38,422 nucleotides of DNA from a virus (Duplodnaviria; Caudoviricetes), in IMG/VR virus record IMGVR_UViG_3300044820_000057, positions 1 to 38,422 of that record; one strand, written 5' to 3'. A program made the position numbers and the translations under genes. The notes beneath the pieces were generated by a model. It worked only from the letters and a program-made list of their open reading frames with translations, searched no databases and was not told the DNA's origin. The first letter of the stretch is position 1. Each line of letters begins with the position of its first letter. Shown in pieces: positions 19,033-27,496 of this stretch.

Positions 19033-20103
19033 ATGCGCAAAGTATTAGGGGTCGTCATTCTGTTGGCGGCTTCAGGGGTTCATGCTGCCCCTAACGTGCT
19101 GAACAACTCCGCACACGCGGCCGGCAACATCGCCCCGGCCATCAATGTGGTGCTAGGCGCCGGGCACGTAGACACTGACATTTTTGTTGACATGTCCTCG
19201 CTGAGCCAAACCGGCGCGGATTCCAACATTGTGGCGCTGGCCACCGATACCGGGCACACCAATTACTCCGCGGCGAACAACGCGCCCACCAACCACGCGC
19301 CTTATGCGCTGACCTCCAACAGTTACAGCGGGTGGTCCCCCTCTACCGATCAAAGCGCGTACGCCACGTCCATTGCCAACGGGCTGGCCTCATCGTGGGC
19401 GTTTTGCCCCTTCCCTTCTGCGTTCCCCGCCGGCACTCCTCCGCCCGTCGTGGACACCACCATTTTGCAGACCGGCTCGACGTGCTTTAGCTCCGCGGGC
19501 AGTGGCGGCCTTGAATTCAACATTCCCGCCAATTACAAGGGGCTTGACACGTCCAGCCCATCGGGCGGCACGGCGACCTTCAGCGGCCTACTCATGGGCT
19601 TGAAGTACAACCACCCCACGTGGAACTGGCAAGACATCAAAGGCGCGCTGCGCCAGACGGCCAGCAATTGGGCGACGGGCTGGGCCACGGGCACGGGCTT
19701 CGGGGACATCAACTACGATACGGCCAACGCGGTGGCCTCGTCATCGGCCATCTACCTGCAGGGCCCACTGGTCAACGTCACGCAGACCAGCGGCAACACC
19801 TACACGGCCACGCTCTACCCGTACCGCCAGACCCGGCGCGTCAACGAGGCCGTCTATGTGGTTTCGACCAGCTACAGCTGGCCGGCGAAAAATGAATATA
19901 CGTTGGCGGACATCACCGCGTCCGGCGCCACGCTACTTTACACTTCCAACGGAACCGACATAAACCCCACGTTTTCCTTTGCGCTCCACCTACCTGTTGG
20001 TAATTATTACGTGATGGGCTTCACACTTGATGGCTCTGGCGGCTACTCGCGCGTGGACGGATACACGCCAAACACGGTTGCGGTGCTGGCCACTTGCCAT
20101 TGA
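19033..20103 (+). CDS. Secreted protein with a divergent subtilase (S8)-like C-terminal motif
   Basis: GAGG RBS; MRKVLGVVILLAASGVHA leader; SPSGGTATFSGLLMGLKYNHPTWNWQDIKGALRQTA...GFGDIN resembles the end of the subtilisin catalytic domain. Confidence 0.5.
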   Translation: MRKVLGVVILLAASGVHAAPNVLNNSAHAAGNIAPAINVVLGAGHVDTDIFVDMSSLSQTGADSNIVALATDTGHTNYSAANNAPTNHAPYALTSNSYSGWSPSTDQSAYATSIANGLASSWAFCPFPSAFPAGTPPPVVDTTILQTGSTCFSSAGSGGLEFNIPANYKGLDTSSPSGGTATFSGLLMGLKYNHPTWNWQDIKGALRQTASNWATGWATGTGFGDINYDTANAVASSSAIYLQGPLVNVTQTSGNTYTATLYPYRQTRRVNEAVYVVSTSYSWPAKNEYTLADITASGATLLYTSNGTDINPTFSFALHLPVGNYYVMGFTLDGSGGYSRVDGYTPNTVAVLATCH

Positions 20104-20143
20104 TCCCGGCTAAAATGGGGGCACTCCACCGAAGGGCCCCGAA

Positions 20144-20419
20144 ATGTCCGACCAGCTACCCAGTATTCAGCGCATGTTGGGCGCAATCGACGCGCGCCAA
20201 GATGCCCAGGAAGCGGCCATTGGCCATGTGCAAAACACGGTCAGCGGGCTGGACGGCAAGGTGGACAGGATCCTGTTGCACCTTGAGCACCAGAAGGGCC
20301 AGCAGATAGGGCAGCGCCGTACGTTTGCGGCCATGGCGGCCATCGTCGGGGCGGTGTTCGGTGTCGCGGGCGAAGTGGCCGCGCAGTGGTTTACGAACGG
20401 GGGCCAAGGGCGGCATTGA
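20144..20419 (+). CDS. Coiled-coil protein with C-terminal TM helix (holin/antiholin-like)
   Basis: Heptad-like N-terminus, then TFAAMAAIVGAVFGVAG; sits at the start of the lysis region. Confidence 0.55.
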   Translation: MSDQLPSIQRMLGAIDARQDAQEAAIGHVQNTVSGLDGKVDRILLHLEHQKGQQIGQRRTFAAMAAIVGAVFGVAGEVAAQWFTNGGQGRH

Positions 20420-21044
20420 ACGCGTCGCGCAGGTGCTGGCGATCGGCCAGGCCTTGCGTGCCCCCGTTGACGATGCGCGTAATGCTGACGAAGTCGGCAC
20501 CGTCATCGTCGTTGGGTTCGTCCAGTGCCAGCCGGTTCAACTCGGGCCGCTGCGCCCACCACGCGGCGCTGGCGTTGGCCGCCACCGCCTTGGTGCATAG
20601 CCGGTCGGGGCACAGCATGACCAGCGGGTCATTTATCAACTTGGCCACCGCAGCATAGTTTGCCCGCCCCGTGACCATGAACACCCCGCGCCCCCGGTAC
20701 TTGTAGCCGTCACCCGACTCTGGCGGCCCGTTGCCCATGCGGTTGGCGTACACGAAGTCCGCCAGGCCCTGCGGGTTGTTGGCGTATGGCAGGGCGGCCG
20801 CCACCGTCGGAAAGCGCTTGGGCCACACCTGCACGAGCCGGTCGGCGCTGTAGACCAACGACTCGGCCAGGCGGGTGAATTGGGCCGACTCGTGCGCGCC
20901 CTGCGCTAGAAACTCCACGGCGTAATCGCGGTTCGCTGCGATGCCCCACAGCAGCATGGCGTCATTTAGCGCGGCCGCCCACCCGACGGGATCCGGGCAG
21001 CGCGGGGCCGCGCTGTGTAATTGGTCGGGCGTTATGGCAAACAT
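20391..21044 (-). CDS. Endolysin, glycoside hydrolase family 19
   Basis: FLAQGAHES..F..L.ESL.YS, YANRMGNG...GDGYKYRGRG...TGRANY, ITRIVNGG..GL.DR. Likely start is MFAITPDQL. Confidence 0.9.
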   Translation of the reverse strand: MFAITPDQLHSAAPRCPDPVGWAAALNDAMLLWGIAANRDYAVEFLAQGAHESAQFTRLAESLVYSADRLVQVWPKRFPTVAAALPYANNPQGLADFVYANRMGNGPPESGDGYKYRGRGVFMVTGRANYAAVAKLINDPLVMLCPDRLCTKAVAANASAAWWAQRPELNRLALDEPNDDDGADFVSITRIVNGGTQGLADRQHLRDAFNAALGPRS

Positions 21045-21101
21045 GCGGGGGCTAAGATACACTGATGGCTCATTTGCCGCCACCCTCTGGAGGGTCTAGC
21101 C

Positions 21102-21290
21102 ATGCCCACAGTCACCCAGCTGCTGAAGTCCAAAACCGTCTGGGCCGGCCTTCTGACCGGCATTGCCGGCGTTGTCCAGTACGCAACCCCGTTCGTGCCG
21201 CCGCAGTACACCGCCATCGCCCTGGGCGCCGCGGGCCTCCTGCAGATTGCGCTGCGCGCGGTCACCACTCAGCCCCTCAAGGACAAATAG
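21102..21290 (+). CDS. Holin-like membrane protein (two hydrophobic segments)
   Basis: GGAGG RBS; KSKTVW, two hydrophobic stretches and a LRAVTTQPLKDK tail. Confidence 0.7.
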   Translation: MPTVTQLLKSKTVWAGLLTGIAGVVQYATPFVPPQYTAIALGAAGLLQIALRAVTTQPLKDK

Positions 21291-21292
21291 CC

Positions 21293-21766
21293 ATGTTCAA
21301 GTCCCTACGCTTCGGCCCCCTCGTGCCCATGTTCGCCCTGCTCGTGCTGGCCCTCGTGGCCGGCGCCCTGACCGGCTGCGCCACCCTGTCGGCGCCGCAG
21401 AATCAGGCCGTTGAACAAATCACGGTCCAGTACGCAACGGGCAAATTCATTGAAGCCAAGCCGACCGGCCCGGAGCGCGCCGCGCGCGCCGCGCAGGTGA
21501 AGGCCGTTGCCCTGTCGGTCAAGTCGGTGGCGGCGTCGGATAGCGCCACGATTGCTTCGCTGTCGGAACTGGCGCTGTCCAAGGTGGCCACGGCCAACCT
21601 GCAGCCGTCTGACCGGCTGCTGGCGCAGTCGCTGGTCACGGCCGTGGTCAACGAACTGTCCGCCCGCGTGGCCGGCGGCGTGCTGACCCCGGAAAACCGC
21701 GTGGTTGTCACGCAGATGCTGGACTGGGTGATTGCCGCCGCGGACGCGTACGCCCCCGGTGCGTAG
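21293..21766 (+). CDS. Lipoprotein in the lysis cassette
   Basis: Hydrophobic leader ending in the lipobox LTG-C; helical Ala-rich mature part. Confidence 0.7.
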   Translation: MFKSLRFGPLVPMFALLVLALVAGALTGCATLSAPQNQAVEQITVQYATGKFIEAKPTGPERAARAAQVKAVALSVKSVAASDSATIASLSELALSKVATANLQPSDRLLAQSLVTAVVNELSARVAGGVLTPENRVVVTQMLDWVIAAADAYAPGA

Positions 21767-22137
21767 TGTTCTGTTCTGACCTCATCCTGCGAGCCGACAA
21801 GCGCCCAGACAATTGGATTGTCTGGGCGCCCCTCGTTTGGGACAACCGGCGCACGGGTCGAATTACCGTCCCCGTGGGCACCGTCACCGACTTGGCCAGC
21901 ATCCCGCGGGTATTCCGCAACCTGCCGTTTCTGGACCCCAACGGGTTGAGCCGACGGCCGGCGGTGCTGCATGACTACCTGTATCGCGGCGGCAACCGCT
22001 ACGGGCTGCAGATGACGCGGAAGAAAGCCGACCGCGTGCTGCGTATCGCCCTGCGGGACGAAGGCGCCAGCCGGTGGGTGGCGTGGCTCTTTTGGGCGGC
22101 CGTGCGCGTCGGTGGCCGCCGCGCGTGGCGGCGCTAG
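21766..22137 (+). CDS. DUF1353 family protein
   Basis: ITVP.G..TDLASIPR, AVLHDYLY, ADRVL..AL and AVRVGG motifs. Confidence 0.8.
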   Translation: MFCSDLILRADKRPDNWIVWAPLVWDNRRTGRITVPVGTVTDLASIPRVFRNLPFLDPNGLSRRPAVLHDYLYRGGNRYGLQMTRKKADRVLRIALRDEGASRWVAWLFWAAVRVGGRRAWRR

Positions 22138-24359
22138 CCGTCGAATTTGCCATACCGAGGCCCGCGCCACCCGCCCGTCATCTTGACCGGCCACGGCTGA
22201 CCGTCGGGCGTGCGCGCCCACTCCAGCGATCGCACGCGCTCGGTGACGATGCGTTCAAACTCTTCCACGCTGCCCCAGCCCTTGGGCACTTCGGCACAGG
22301 GTTCGTCATGGCTGTGGATCACGACCGGATAGCCGGCGCGCTCCAGCGCGTCTAGGCCTTCGGCGTGCAAGTCGCGCGCGACCCGCTGCACAACGTTTTC
22401 AGTGGCCTTGCCCCCATAGATGTCCATGCGCTGCCAGCCTATCGGGCCCGCCTGGGGGTTGCTGTTCCACCCCTCGTAACTGATTTCCACTTCCCACGCG
22501 TTGGCGTACGGCCGCGTGGACTTGCGCAAGCGCGGCGCGTGGTACGTGATAAGGCCGCCCGACGGGACGCGGCAGTACAGCACGTCGTCGCGCACTTCGT
22601 ACGATATCTGCCGGTAGGTGAAGCAATGCCCGGGGTAGCTGATGGCCGACACCATCGCGCCTTCCAAGCCGTACAGTTCCGGCCGCGCGTCATCAAAGCG
22701 GCCGCGCGACTGGCCGCCCCATAGCTCCACGATCATGGGTGACTCGGCCCGCCATGCCAGGATGGCGGCCTTTATTTCATGTTCGGCCATGAAGGCATCC
22801 GCGCCGAAGCGCTGCCACGCAACGATCCAGCCGCCGAAGCCTGACGCCAGTTCGGCCACCTTGCCCACGGTCTGGCGCAGCGGGTGGTGCGCGCCGGTGT
22901 CTTTGCGGTGTTGCAAGATCGTTTCGAAAGGCACGCCCGTGATTTTGGACACGCTCATTTCGTAGATTTTGCCGTGGGTGCGGAACACTTCTAACCGCCA
23001 CTCTTCCCCGGCCAATGCCGCGGTCACGACGCCTTCAATGGCGCTGAAGTCGCTACAGATGAAGTCATGGCCGGGCGCTGCGATCAGCAGGCCGCGCAGG
23101 CAGCTGGACACCACATCAAGCGCCGTGCGGTTCGGGTATTCCAACTCGACCAATTCAAGCGTGCGCGCGCTGATGATTTCTAGGGCGCGCTCGACCTCTT
23201 CAACCTTGGTGAAAAACCCCTTAAACAAATTTTGCGGCTGCGGGCCGTTGCCGGTCCACCGACCCGTGCGCGCGGCGAAATACTGGTATAGCTCATACAG
23301 CCGGCCGGCGTGCTGCTGCGCGCGGAACGCGTAGAGCTTCTTTACGCTGGCATTGGCCAAAGCCTGGCGGATTTCCAGCGCGCGGCGCGCATCGTCGCCC
23401 ATGGACGTGCCCGGCTGCAGCCACGCGCTAACCGATTCGTCCGTCAGATCGTTGAGGTACACGCCCTGCCCCCGCAGCCATCCGCGCAGCGCTTCCACTT
23501 CGCTGGCACTTTCGACCTGGCCGCCCGTGATGGCGCGCAACTCGGCGTTGTACTTCGCCATGGCCTGCTCGACTATGGCGATGCAGTTTTCCACGCCCAC
23601 CATGTCCACCTGAATGCCCCGGCGGTTTATGGCTTGGTCGACCTGCCAGAAACGCAACTCCATGGGCGACAAATCGGGCGTGCGCAAGCTGGATTCGATT
23701 TCTGTTCGCACGTCCTGTTCGTTGTACCCGTACAGCCGTTCCGCGTCGTCGGGGTCTTCTTCCGGCCGGATACGCAACCGCTGGTCTTTTTTCGTCGGGT
23801 TGCGTGGAATGCTGAATTTCTTTATAAGCCGATCGCCATCCGGGTTTTTCTGGTTGACCAACCGCTGCACGCGCGCGGACTCGGCAAGCTTGCCCGGTAG
23901 CGCGTGGCTGCGCGCCTTGGCCATTGCGCACCGCACCTGCTCCGCGCGCAGCGGGGGCCAGCCCCACTTCGGCACGCAATGGAAATTCCACACGTGCCAC
24001 TCAAAACCAATGTTCCACGCTTCCAGGAACCCGCCGCGCTCGACGTGCGCCAGCAATTCGTGGGGCTCATCGGCCAGTCCCAATTCCGCAGGCCGCGGCA
24101 CCCACACGCGCACGCCCTTGCCGTCGAATAGGTCATAGGCCAGGCACAACAATTCGAAGCTTGGATGCTCGACGTACGCGCGCACGCCCACGACCCCCAG
24201 GCCGCGCGCCGTGGCCGCGAGGCCGGGCAGCGATCGCCACTTGCCTGCGGTGCCGTCCCACAGGTAGCCCGCTTCGCTGTAGGTTTCCACGTCGAAGGCG
24301 GGCACCACCGTGGTGATGCCCGGCCCCGCCGCGTAGACCTGCCCGGCCCGTAGGATCAC
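22134..24359 (-). CDS. Family A DNA polymerase with 3'-5' exonuclease domain
   Basis: Exonuclease motifs FDVETYS, AWNIGFE, YNEQDV; RTGRW; motif A DFSAIE; motif B RQTVGKVAELASGFGG; ENVVQ..ARD; motif C HSHDE. Confidence 0.92.
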   Translation of the reverse strand: MILRAGQVYAAGPGITTVVPAFDVETYSEAGYLWDGTAGKWRSLPGLAATARGLGVVGVRAYVEHPSFELLCLAYDLFDGKGVRVWVPRPAELGLADEPHELLAHVERGGFLEAWNIGFEWHVWNFHCVPKWGWPPLRAEQVRCAMAKARSHALPGKLAESARVQRLVNQKNPDGDRLIKKFSIPRNPTKKDQRLRIRPEEDPDDAERLYGYNEQDVRTEIESSLRTPDLSPMELRFWQVDQAINRRGIQVDMVGVENCIAIVEQAMAKYNAELRAITGGQVESASEVEALRGWLRGQGVYLNDLTDESVSAWLQPGTSMGDDARRALEIRQALANASVKKLYAFRAQQHAGRLYELYQYFAARTGRWTGNGPQPQNLFKGFFTKVEEVERALEIISARTLELVELEYPNRTALDVVSSCLRGLLIAAPGHDFICSDFSAIEGVVTAALAGEEWRLEVFRTHGKIYEMSVSKITGVPFETILQHRKDTGAHHPLRQTVGKVAELASGFGGWIVAWQRFGADAFMAEHEIKAAILAWRAESPMIVELWGGQSRGRFDDARPELYGLEGAMVSAISYPGHCFTYRQISYEVRDDVLYCRVPSGGLITYHAPRLRKSTRPYANAWEVEISYEGWNSNPQAGPIGWQRMDIYGGKATENVVQRVARDLHAEGLDALERAGYPVVIHSHDEPCAEVPKGWGSVEEFERIVTERVRSLEWARTPDGQPWPVKMTGGWRGPRYGKFDG

Positions 24360-24436
24360 GCCCGCACCCTGTGGCTAGCTGGATATCCGAAGTTGCGCGA
24401 CGGCCCTGTGCCGCCACTCGGATGCGGGGTGAACAT
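24356..24436 (-). CDS. 26-aa mini-ORF bridging the SSB and polymerase genes
   Basis: ATG overlaps the SSB stop (TGATG) and its TGA overlaps the polymerase GTG (GTGA); MFTPHPSGGTGPSRNFGYPASHRVRA. Confidence 0.4.
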   Translation of the reverse strand: MFTPHPSGGTGPSRNFGYPASHRVRA

Positions 24437-25350
24437 CAGGCCAGGTACCCGTGCTGCCTCAGGGTGGCTTCCGTCCACCCGGCCGCGATCATGGCCGCGT
24501 ACGTCGCCCCATTGGCCTTGGCCGTCATCACCGGGCCCGCGGGGGCGGCCGGCGGCGGGGCAGCCACGGGCGGGGGCGGCGGGGCCACGCCAGCGGGCGC
24601 CAGGAACGACGGGGCCGGCGTCACGGGCAGCGGCGGCACAAGGGCGGCCACCGGGGCGGGTGCCGGCGGGGGCGGCGCAGGCGCAGCCGTGGGGGCTCCC
24701 ACGGGGGCCGGCGGGGCCACCAGACCCCCCACGGGGGCAGCCTGCATCCCGACCGGGGCCGGGCCCTGGCCGAAGCCAACCGACGCGGCGTCGGGGCCGC
24801 TGACGATTTCGGTCCCGTACCCCTGCAGGGCCACCATGTTGTGGTTGAGGTAGACCCCGGGATTCTGCGTAGACCCGTTGCTGTCGACCGTGCCGGCGAC
24901 CTGGATGTAATACCCGCACTTGACCGCGCCGGGCTCGGCAATGGGCGCGCTGCCGTCCTTGTTGAAAACGCGCGGCGCAAAGCTGCTGGAGAAAGACAGC
25001 ACCCAGTGGCCCGGGTAGCCCTCTTTATCGCAGGGGCGCTTGCCGTTTTTGTTCGGCACCGTGCTGTCACCGTCGGTCACCTTCCAGGCGAATGACGGGG
25101 ACTGTGCCTGCTGCGGGAACCCGGCATGGCCGGTGGCCCAGATGGGGGCGCCCCACGGCGTTTCAGCCCAGTGGCGTTCCGCGCCCTTGGGAATGCCCAC
25201 GCCAAACGCATATCGCTGCGTCGGCTTGCCCGCGTCGGGGCCCGTCTTGATGACCAGCGGTTTGCCGTCGGCATCCTTGGTCTGCGGTTCGTAGAGGCTG
25301 CCCCACAGCATCCGGCCGGTGGGGGTCAGAACGTTGGCTTTCGTACTCAT
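24436..25350 (-). CDS. ssDNA-binding protein (gp2.5/DUF2815-like) with Pro-rich linker and small C-terminal domain
   Basis: TPTGRM.WGSL, F.WKV.DGD, GYPGHWV, K.GYY..V, PGVYLN motifs; between the nuclease and polymerase genes. Confidence 0.7.
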   Translation of the reverse strand: MSTKANVLTPTGRMLWGSLYEPQTKDADGKPLVIKTGPDAGKPTQRYAFGVGIPKGAERHWAETPWGAPIWATGHAGFPQQAQSPSFAWKVTDGDSTVPNKNGKRPCDKEGYPGHWVLSFSSSFAPRVFNKDGSAPIAEPGAVKCGYYIQVAGTVDSNGSTQNPGVYLNHNMVALQGYGTEIVSGPDAASVGFGQGPAPVGMQAAPVGGLVAPPAPVGAPTAAPAPPPPAPAPVAALVPPLPVTPAPSFLAPAGVAPPPPPVAAPPPAAPAGPVMTAKANGATYAAMIAAGWTEATLRQHGYLA

Positions 25351-26447
25351 GTTGCGTTGGCTCCAAAGACCTTGCGGGCCTGTGTTGTGGATTCGGGAAC
25401 AAGTTTCATCGCACCCGGCGGGCGTTCCGCATACTGTGCGTTAATGACGGCGGCGTCAAGTCCCGCGGCAATGGCTTGCGTGGGCGTCAAGATGTCCAGC
25501 GGTTTGCGCACGTTGACGCCCAGCAAGTCGGCAAATTGGGCGACCTCTTCGGGTGGCACTTTCCACTTAAGGCGCCCGGCGGCGGCCTCCAGCGCGAAGC
25601 CTGGCACGCGTTCGCCCCGGCGGATCATGGCCGTGGCCTGCGCCTGCAGCCCCGTGCGGCGGGCCTCCAGCAGCGTGGCGGCGTTGTCCAGTATGGTCAA
25701 TTCCGCGGCCAGCGCCGCGGGCGGCAGGTTGACGCGGTCCATGGTGCCCATGAAGTCGGCCACGCTGTTGGCGGCATTCTGCAGCGTGCGGCATTCATGG
25801 CGCCCGGGGCAGAATTCGCAGTGCGCGCCAGCGCGCGCCGTCGGATTGGGCGCCAGCGCTTCGTGCGCGGCAAAGGCGGCGCGGTTCACGTAGCCGCGCA
25901 ACTCGTGGCCCATGATCCGCCAGCGACGCACGGGCCCGTCTTTGTGGTAGCTGCGCGGCTGGACAATCCCCAACTCCACGGTGGTGTGCAAATCGCTAAG
26001 GCCCAGGAAGTCCAGCAGCCCGCACGCGTAGGCAATCAGCTGGTAATTTTCGAAGGCATCCACGAACAGGTGGCCGTACTTGTAGTCCCACACGCGCAGC
26101 ACGTTTTCGATAGGGTCATGCCGCCACCAGTCGGGCGTGCCGGCGCACTCGGTCGGGTGGATGCGCGGGATGGCCACGGGCAACTCGGTGTAGCCATACA
26201 ACCCCACGGTGTCGCGCCACAGCTGCGCGCCGGCCACCATGTCGGCGTCCACGGGGACGCCCTGCGGGGTGGGTGCCCCGGCGGGCAACTCGTTGCCGTT
26301 GGCATACGCCATGGCCACGTGGTGGGCCGCGTCGCCCTCCAGCGTTTCGGGCGTGGGCGGCGCGTCGCGGTACGGCTCGGCCATCTGCACGTGGGCCGCG
26401 CACACCACCGTGGTGGCCAGGCTGCTGGGCGCTATGCGGGCGTGCAT
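25347..26447 (-). CDS. Cas4-like PD-(D/E)XK exonuclease (DUF2800)
   Basis: HARIAPSS..C, EGDAAH, GTPD, DYKYG, QL..YA.G, IVQPR and HCEFCP..C motifs. Confidence 0.85.
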   Translation of the reverse strand: MHARIAPSSLATTVVCAAHVQMAEPYRDAPPTPETLEGDAAHHVAMAYANGNELPAGAPTPQGVPVDADMVAGAQLWRDTVGLYGYTELPVAIPRIHPTECAGTPDWWRHDPIENVLRVWDYKYGHLFVDAFENYQLIAYACGLLDFLGLSDLHTTVELGIVQPRSYHKDGPVRRWRIMGHELRGYVNRAAFAAHEALAPNPTARAGAHCEFCPGRHECRTLQNAANSVADFMGTMDRVNLPPAALAAELTILDNAATLLEARRTGLQAQATAMIRRGERVPGFALEAAAGRLKWKVPPEEVAQFADLLGVNVRKPLDILTPTQAIAAGLDAAVINAQYAERPPGAMKLVPESTTQARKVFGANAT

Positions 26448-26620
26448 CAGGCACCCCCGCGCAGGCGCTGGGCCGCGTACTCGGCCTCAAGGGTCGGGCG
26501 GTACTCCACGACCTTGGCCACGACGTAGCCCAACGGCGCCCCGTCAATGTCCAGCAGCTTGAAGCTGGCATCACTCAGCTGCTCAAGCTGCCGACCGTCG
26601 GGCAGTACGATGCGGGTCAT
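26447..26620 (-). CDS. Hypothetical protein (57 aa)
   Basis: Start MTRIVLPDG; overlapping start/stop coupling at both ends. Confidence 0.55.
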   Translation of the reverse strand: MTRIVLPDGRQLEQLSDASFKLLDIDGAPLGYVVAKVVEYRPTLEAEYAAQRLRGGA

Positions 26621-27414
26621 GCCGCAAACCGCGTCTGCAGGAAGGCCGCGGCTTCCAGAATTTTGGCCGGCTGCTGCTGCAGGGCCAGCAGGCTGGGCAC
26701 TCCAATGGCTGCGCATATTTCGGGCACCTGTTCATTTTGCAATTTCTTTGCGGCAATGCCGGCGGTAATCCGCTGCATCAGGCCGCGGAAGTCCAGCGCC
26801 CCGTCCCCTGCAGGTACTGGCGCAACCGGTGCGGCCGGCGGCGCTCCGTCAGCGGGGGCAGGTGGAAGAGCCACCGGGGGCGGCGGAATCACGGGCCCAG
26901 CCACCACCGGCGCGGGTCCAGCTGCGGCAGCCATTGGCGCATCCGTTGGCGGAAGCGGCACCTGTGCGGGTTCGGCGGGCGCCTTGCCCTTGGTGACATT
27001 GCGCCGCGCGCGCCATGTGCCGTCTACGTTCAACTTGGCCGGCGTGGAGTGCTGCGCCGGGTTCCATGCCACCCCGGCGCTGTCCAGCTTGGCGTCAGAA
27101 GGGGACGCACTCATCGTTGCAGGCGGGGGCGTGGGGTCCGAATTGGGGGTGGCCGCGCTCGCATCGCCCGGTGTACTCGCGGCCACGGAAGGGGGCGGCG
27201 GAATGGCCACGGGGGCCGCGTTGGCGGCGAACACGGACGGATCAGCCGGCGGCGGCGGCGGCGGCGGCGCGTCGGGCACCGGCGGTGCGGGCGGCGTCAA
27301 GTTGGTGGGGGGCAGCGCTTGCGGCATACGCTCCTGTATCGTCGCGCCCAGCACCATAATGGCGGCGCGAATGTCGGCCAGGGAGTCGGCGGCGGTGTCA
27401 ATCAAAAGCTGCAT
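26617..27414 (-). CDS. Pro/Ala-rich phage protein
   Basis: GGAG RBS; folded-looking core LDSAGVAWNPAQHS..KLNVDGTWRARR between poly-Pro linkers; first gene of the replication operon. Confidence 0.7.
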   Translation of the reverse strand: MQLLIDTAADSLADIRAAIMVLGATIQERMPQALPPTNLTPPAPPVPDAPPPPPPPADPSVFAANAAPVAIPPPPSVAASTPGDASAATPNSDPTPPPATMSASPSDAKLDSAGVAWNPAQHSTPAKLNVDGTWRARRNVTKGKAPAEPAQVPLPPTDAPMAAAAGPAPVVAGPVIPPPPVALPPAPADGAPPAAPVAPVPAGDGALDFRGLMQRITAGIAAKKLQNEQVPEICAAIGVPSLLALQQQPAKILEAAAFLQTRFAA

Positions 27415-27448
27415 ACATTCTCCACGGGTTGGGGTTGCACTGGCCGCG

Positions 27449-27477
27449 ACAATAGACCAAACTGACGGCATTGTCTA
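27449..27477 (-). promoter_or_regulatory. Sigma70-type promoter for the replication operon with overlapping operator-like site
   Basis: TAGACA-17 nt-TATTGT on the minus strand; 15/16 identity to 36740-36755; contains TGAC-N6-GTCT at 27463-27476. Confidence 0.6.
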
Positions 27478-27496
27478 CAGGGCCACCATTTTCCCC

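Noticed and set aside
25347-26447. Cas4-like nuclease as a sign of a CRISPR system
   Set aside because: No repeat-spacer array or other cas genes; stand-alone DUF2800 nucleases are usual next to SSB and PolA in phages.
26273-27496. N-terminal ~400 aa of the 567-aa ORF, suggesting a giant EndoVII fusion
   Set aside because: It is the antisense shadow of Pro/Ala-rich minus-strand genes and crosses a promoter; the plausible start is ATG 27497 (or 27515).
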